A stretch of DNA of 64,000 bases, from NCBI RefSeq assembly GCF_036321535.1, contig NC_087447.1, positions 49,168,001-49,232,000 of the forward strand, read 5' to 3'. The notes under the pieces are model-generated. The model was not told the origin of the DNA. It saw nothing but the letters and a program-made list of their open reading frames with translations, and ran no database searches. Of the stretch, positions 63,280 through 64,000 are shown in pieces; position 1 is the first letter of the stretch, and each line of letters opens with the position of its first letter. The translations under genes and the position numbers were made by a program. Origin of the DNA: Camelus dromedarius (taxonomy: Eukaryota).

Positions 63280-63874
63280 TGTTACCCAACCAAACTTGTG
63301 TCCTCTGCCCTGCATGCAATAAAGCCAATCTACTGACACTGGGTTGTGGTGAAGGAAAGTACAGGGTTTACTGCATGGTGGCAAGCAAGGAATCCAGGAA
63401 GCTAGTGCTTAAGAGACCTGAAGTCTCTGACGGCTTCCAGGGAAAGGTTTTTAAAGACAGGATGAAGGAAGGGGGTTGTGGGGTACGTGATCAGCTCATG
63501 GACATTCTTCTGATCAGTTGGTAGTAAGGTAATCAGGAGTCAAAATCATCAATCTTCTGGTTCCAACCAGTTGGGGTCTATGTGCTTGTGGGCAGCATAT
63601 AGTTAACTTCTACCTGGTAGGGGTTTCAGTATCTTCAAAACAGCTCAAAGGACATGATTCAGAATATTATCTATAGCCCTTGAGGAGGAAATAAACGTCC
63701 TTGACTTTGTTTAATGGCTAAACTATTATTATTTTGTCTTGGTTGACTGTTTCCCTTTGTTTCTGCATTTTCTCACTTCTCTGATTAAATTTATTCTTTG
63801 AACTGCAGGGAAGGCTTAGGAGGCTACAGTTTTTCTACAGGAGGAAAGGCCCTATAGGGTCCTGCTCAGTTATA
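63280..63874 (-). mobile_element. Solo ERV LTR related to 30859-31484
   Basis: The reverse complement starts tataactgagcaggaccctat (vs tgtaactgagtaggaccctat) and shares caagacaaaataataatagtttagccattaaacaaagtca exactly. TSD-like agat/ggat. Confidence 0.85.
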
Positions 63875-64000
63875 GGATCTTAGATGAGCTCTTAGATTCC
63901 TTCATTATGGTGTCTCCTTTTGCTCTCGTATAAAGTTCTATTAAGTAATGTCACTATCACCCCATCATTAGGAAGGGCTAATTTTTCCAAGGTTCTCAGG

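Noticed and set aside
1..64000. A previously undescribed multi-gene biological system
   Set aside because: All credible coding sequence belongs to the known OR2AT family and the remainder is largely explained by common mammalian repeats; nothing supports such a claim.

Overview
Mammalian genomic DNA, most likely camelid: two tRNA-derived SINEs resemble the camelid Vic-1 family. The only genes I can support are three minus-strand olfactory receptor paralogues of the OR2AT subfamily. One is a frameshifted pseudogene (38038-39016), one is an intact OR2AT4 orthologue (49476-50447), and one is a nonsense-disrupted pseudogene (61895-62860). The rest is intergenic and repeat-rich. The first ~24 kb looks GC-richer with MIR/L2/MER5 relics; the right part looks AT-richer with many L1 fragments, solo ERV LTRs and a Tigger element. 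Almost all short ORFs in the track are spurious or L1-derived. I found no evidence of a novel biological system. The most interesting signals are: (i) gene-conversion tracts among the three receptors; (ii) a hidden frameshift that rewrites the OR2AT4 C-terminal tail; (iii) a duplicated, unannotated non-coding exon 1/promoter module with O/E and homeodomain sites; (iv) a candidate Lhx2-Ebf composite OR enhancer at ~21.55 kb; (v) an LTR carrying a CCAAT/octamer array; and (vi) twin-primed L1 inversions. Repeat family names and human comparisons are from memory, alignments were done by eye, and repeat boundaries are approximate unless a target-site duplication (TSD) is given.
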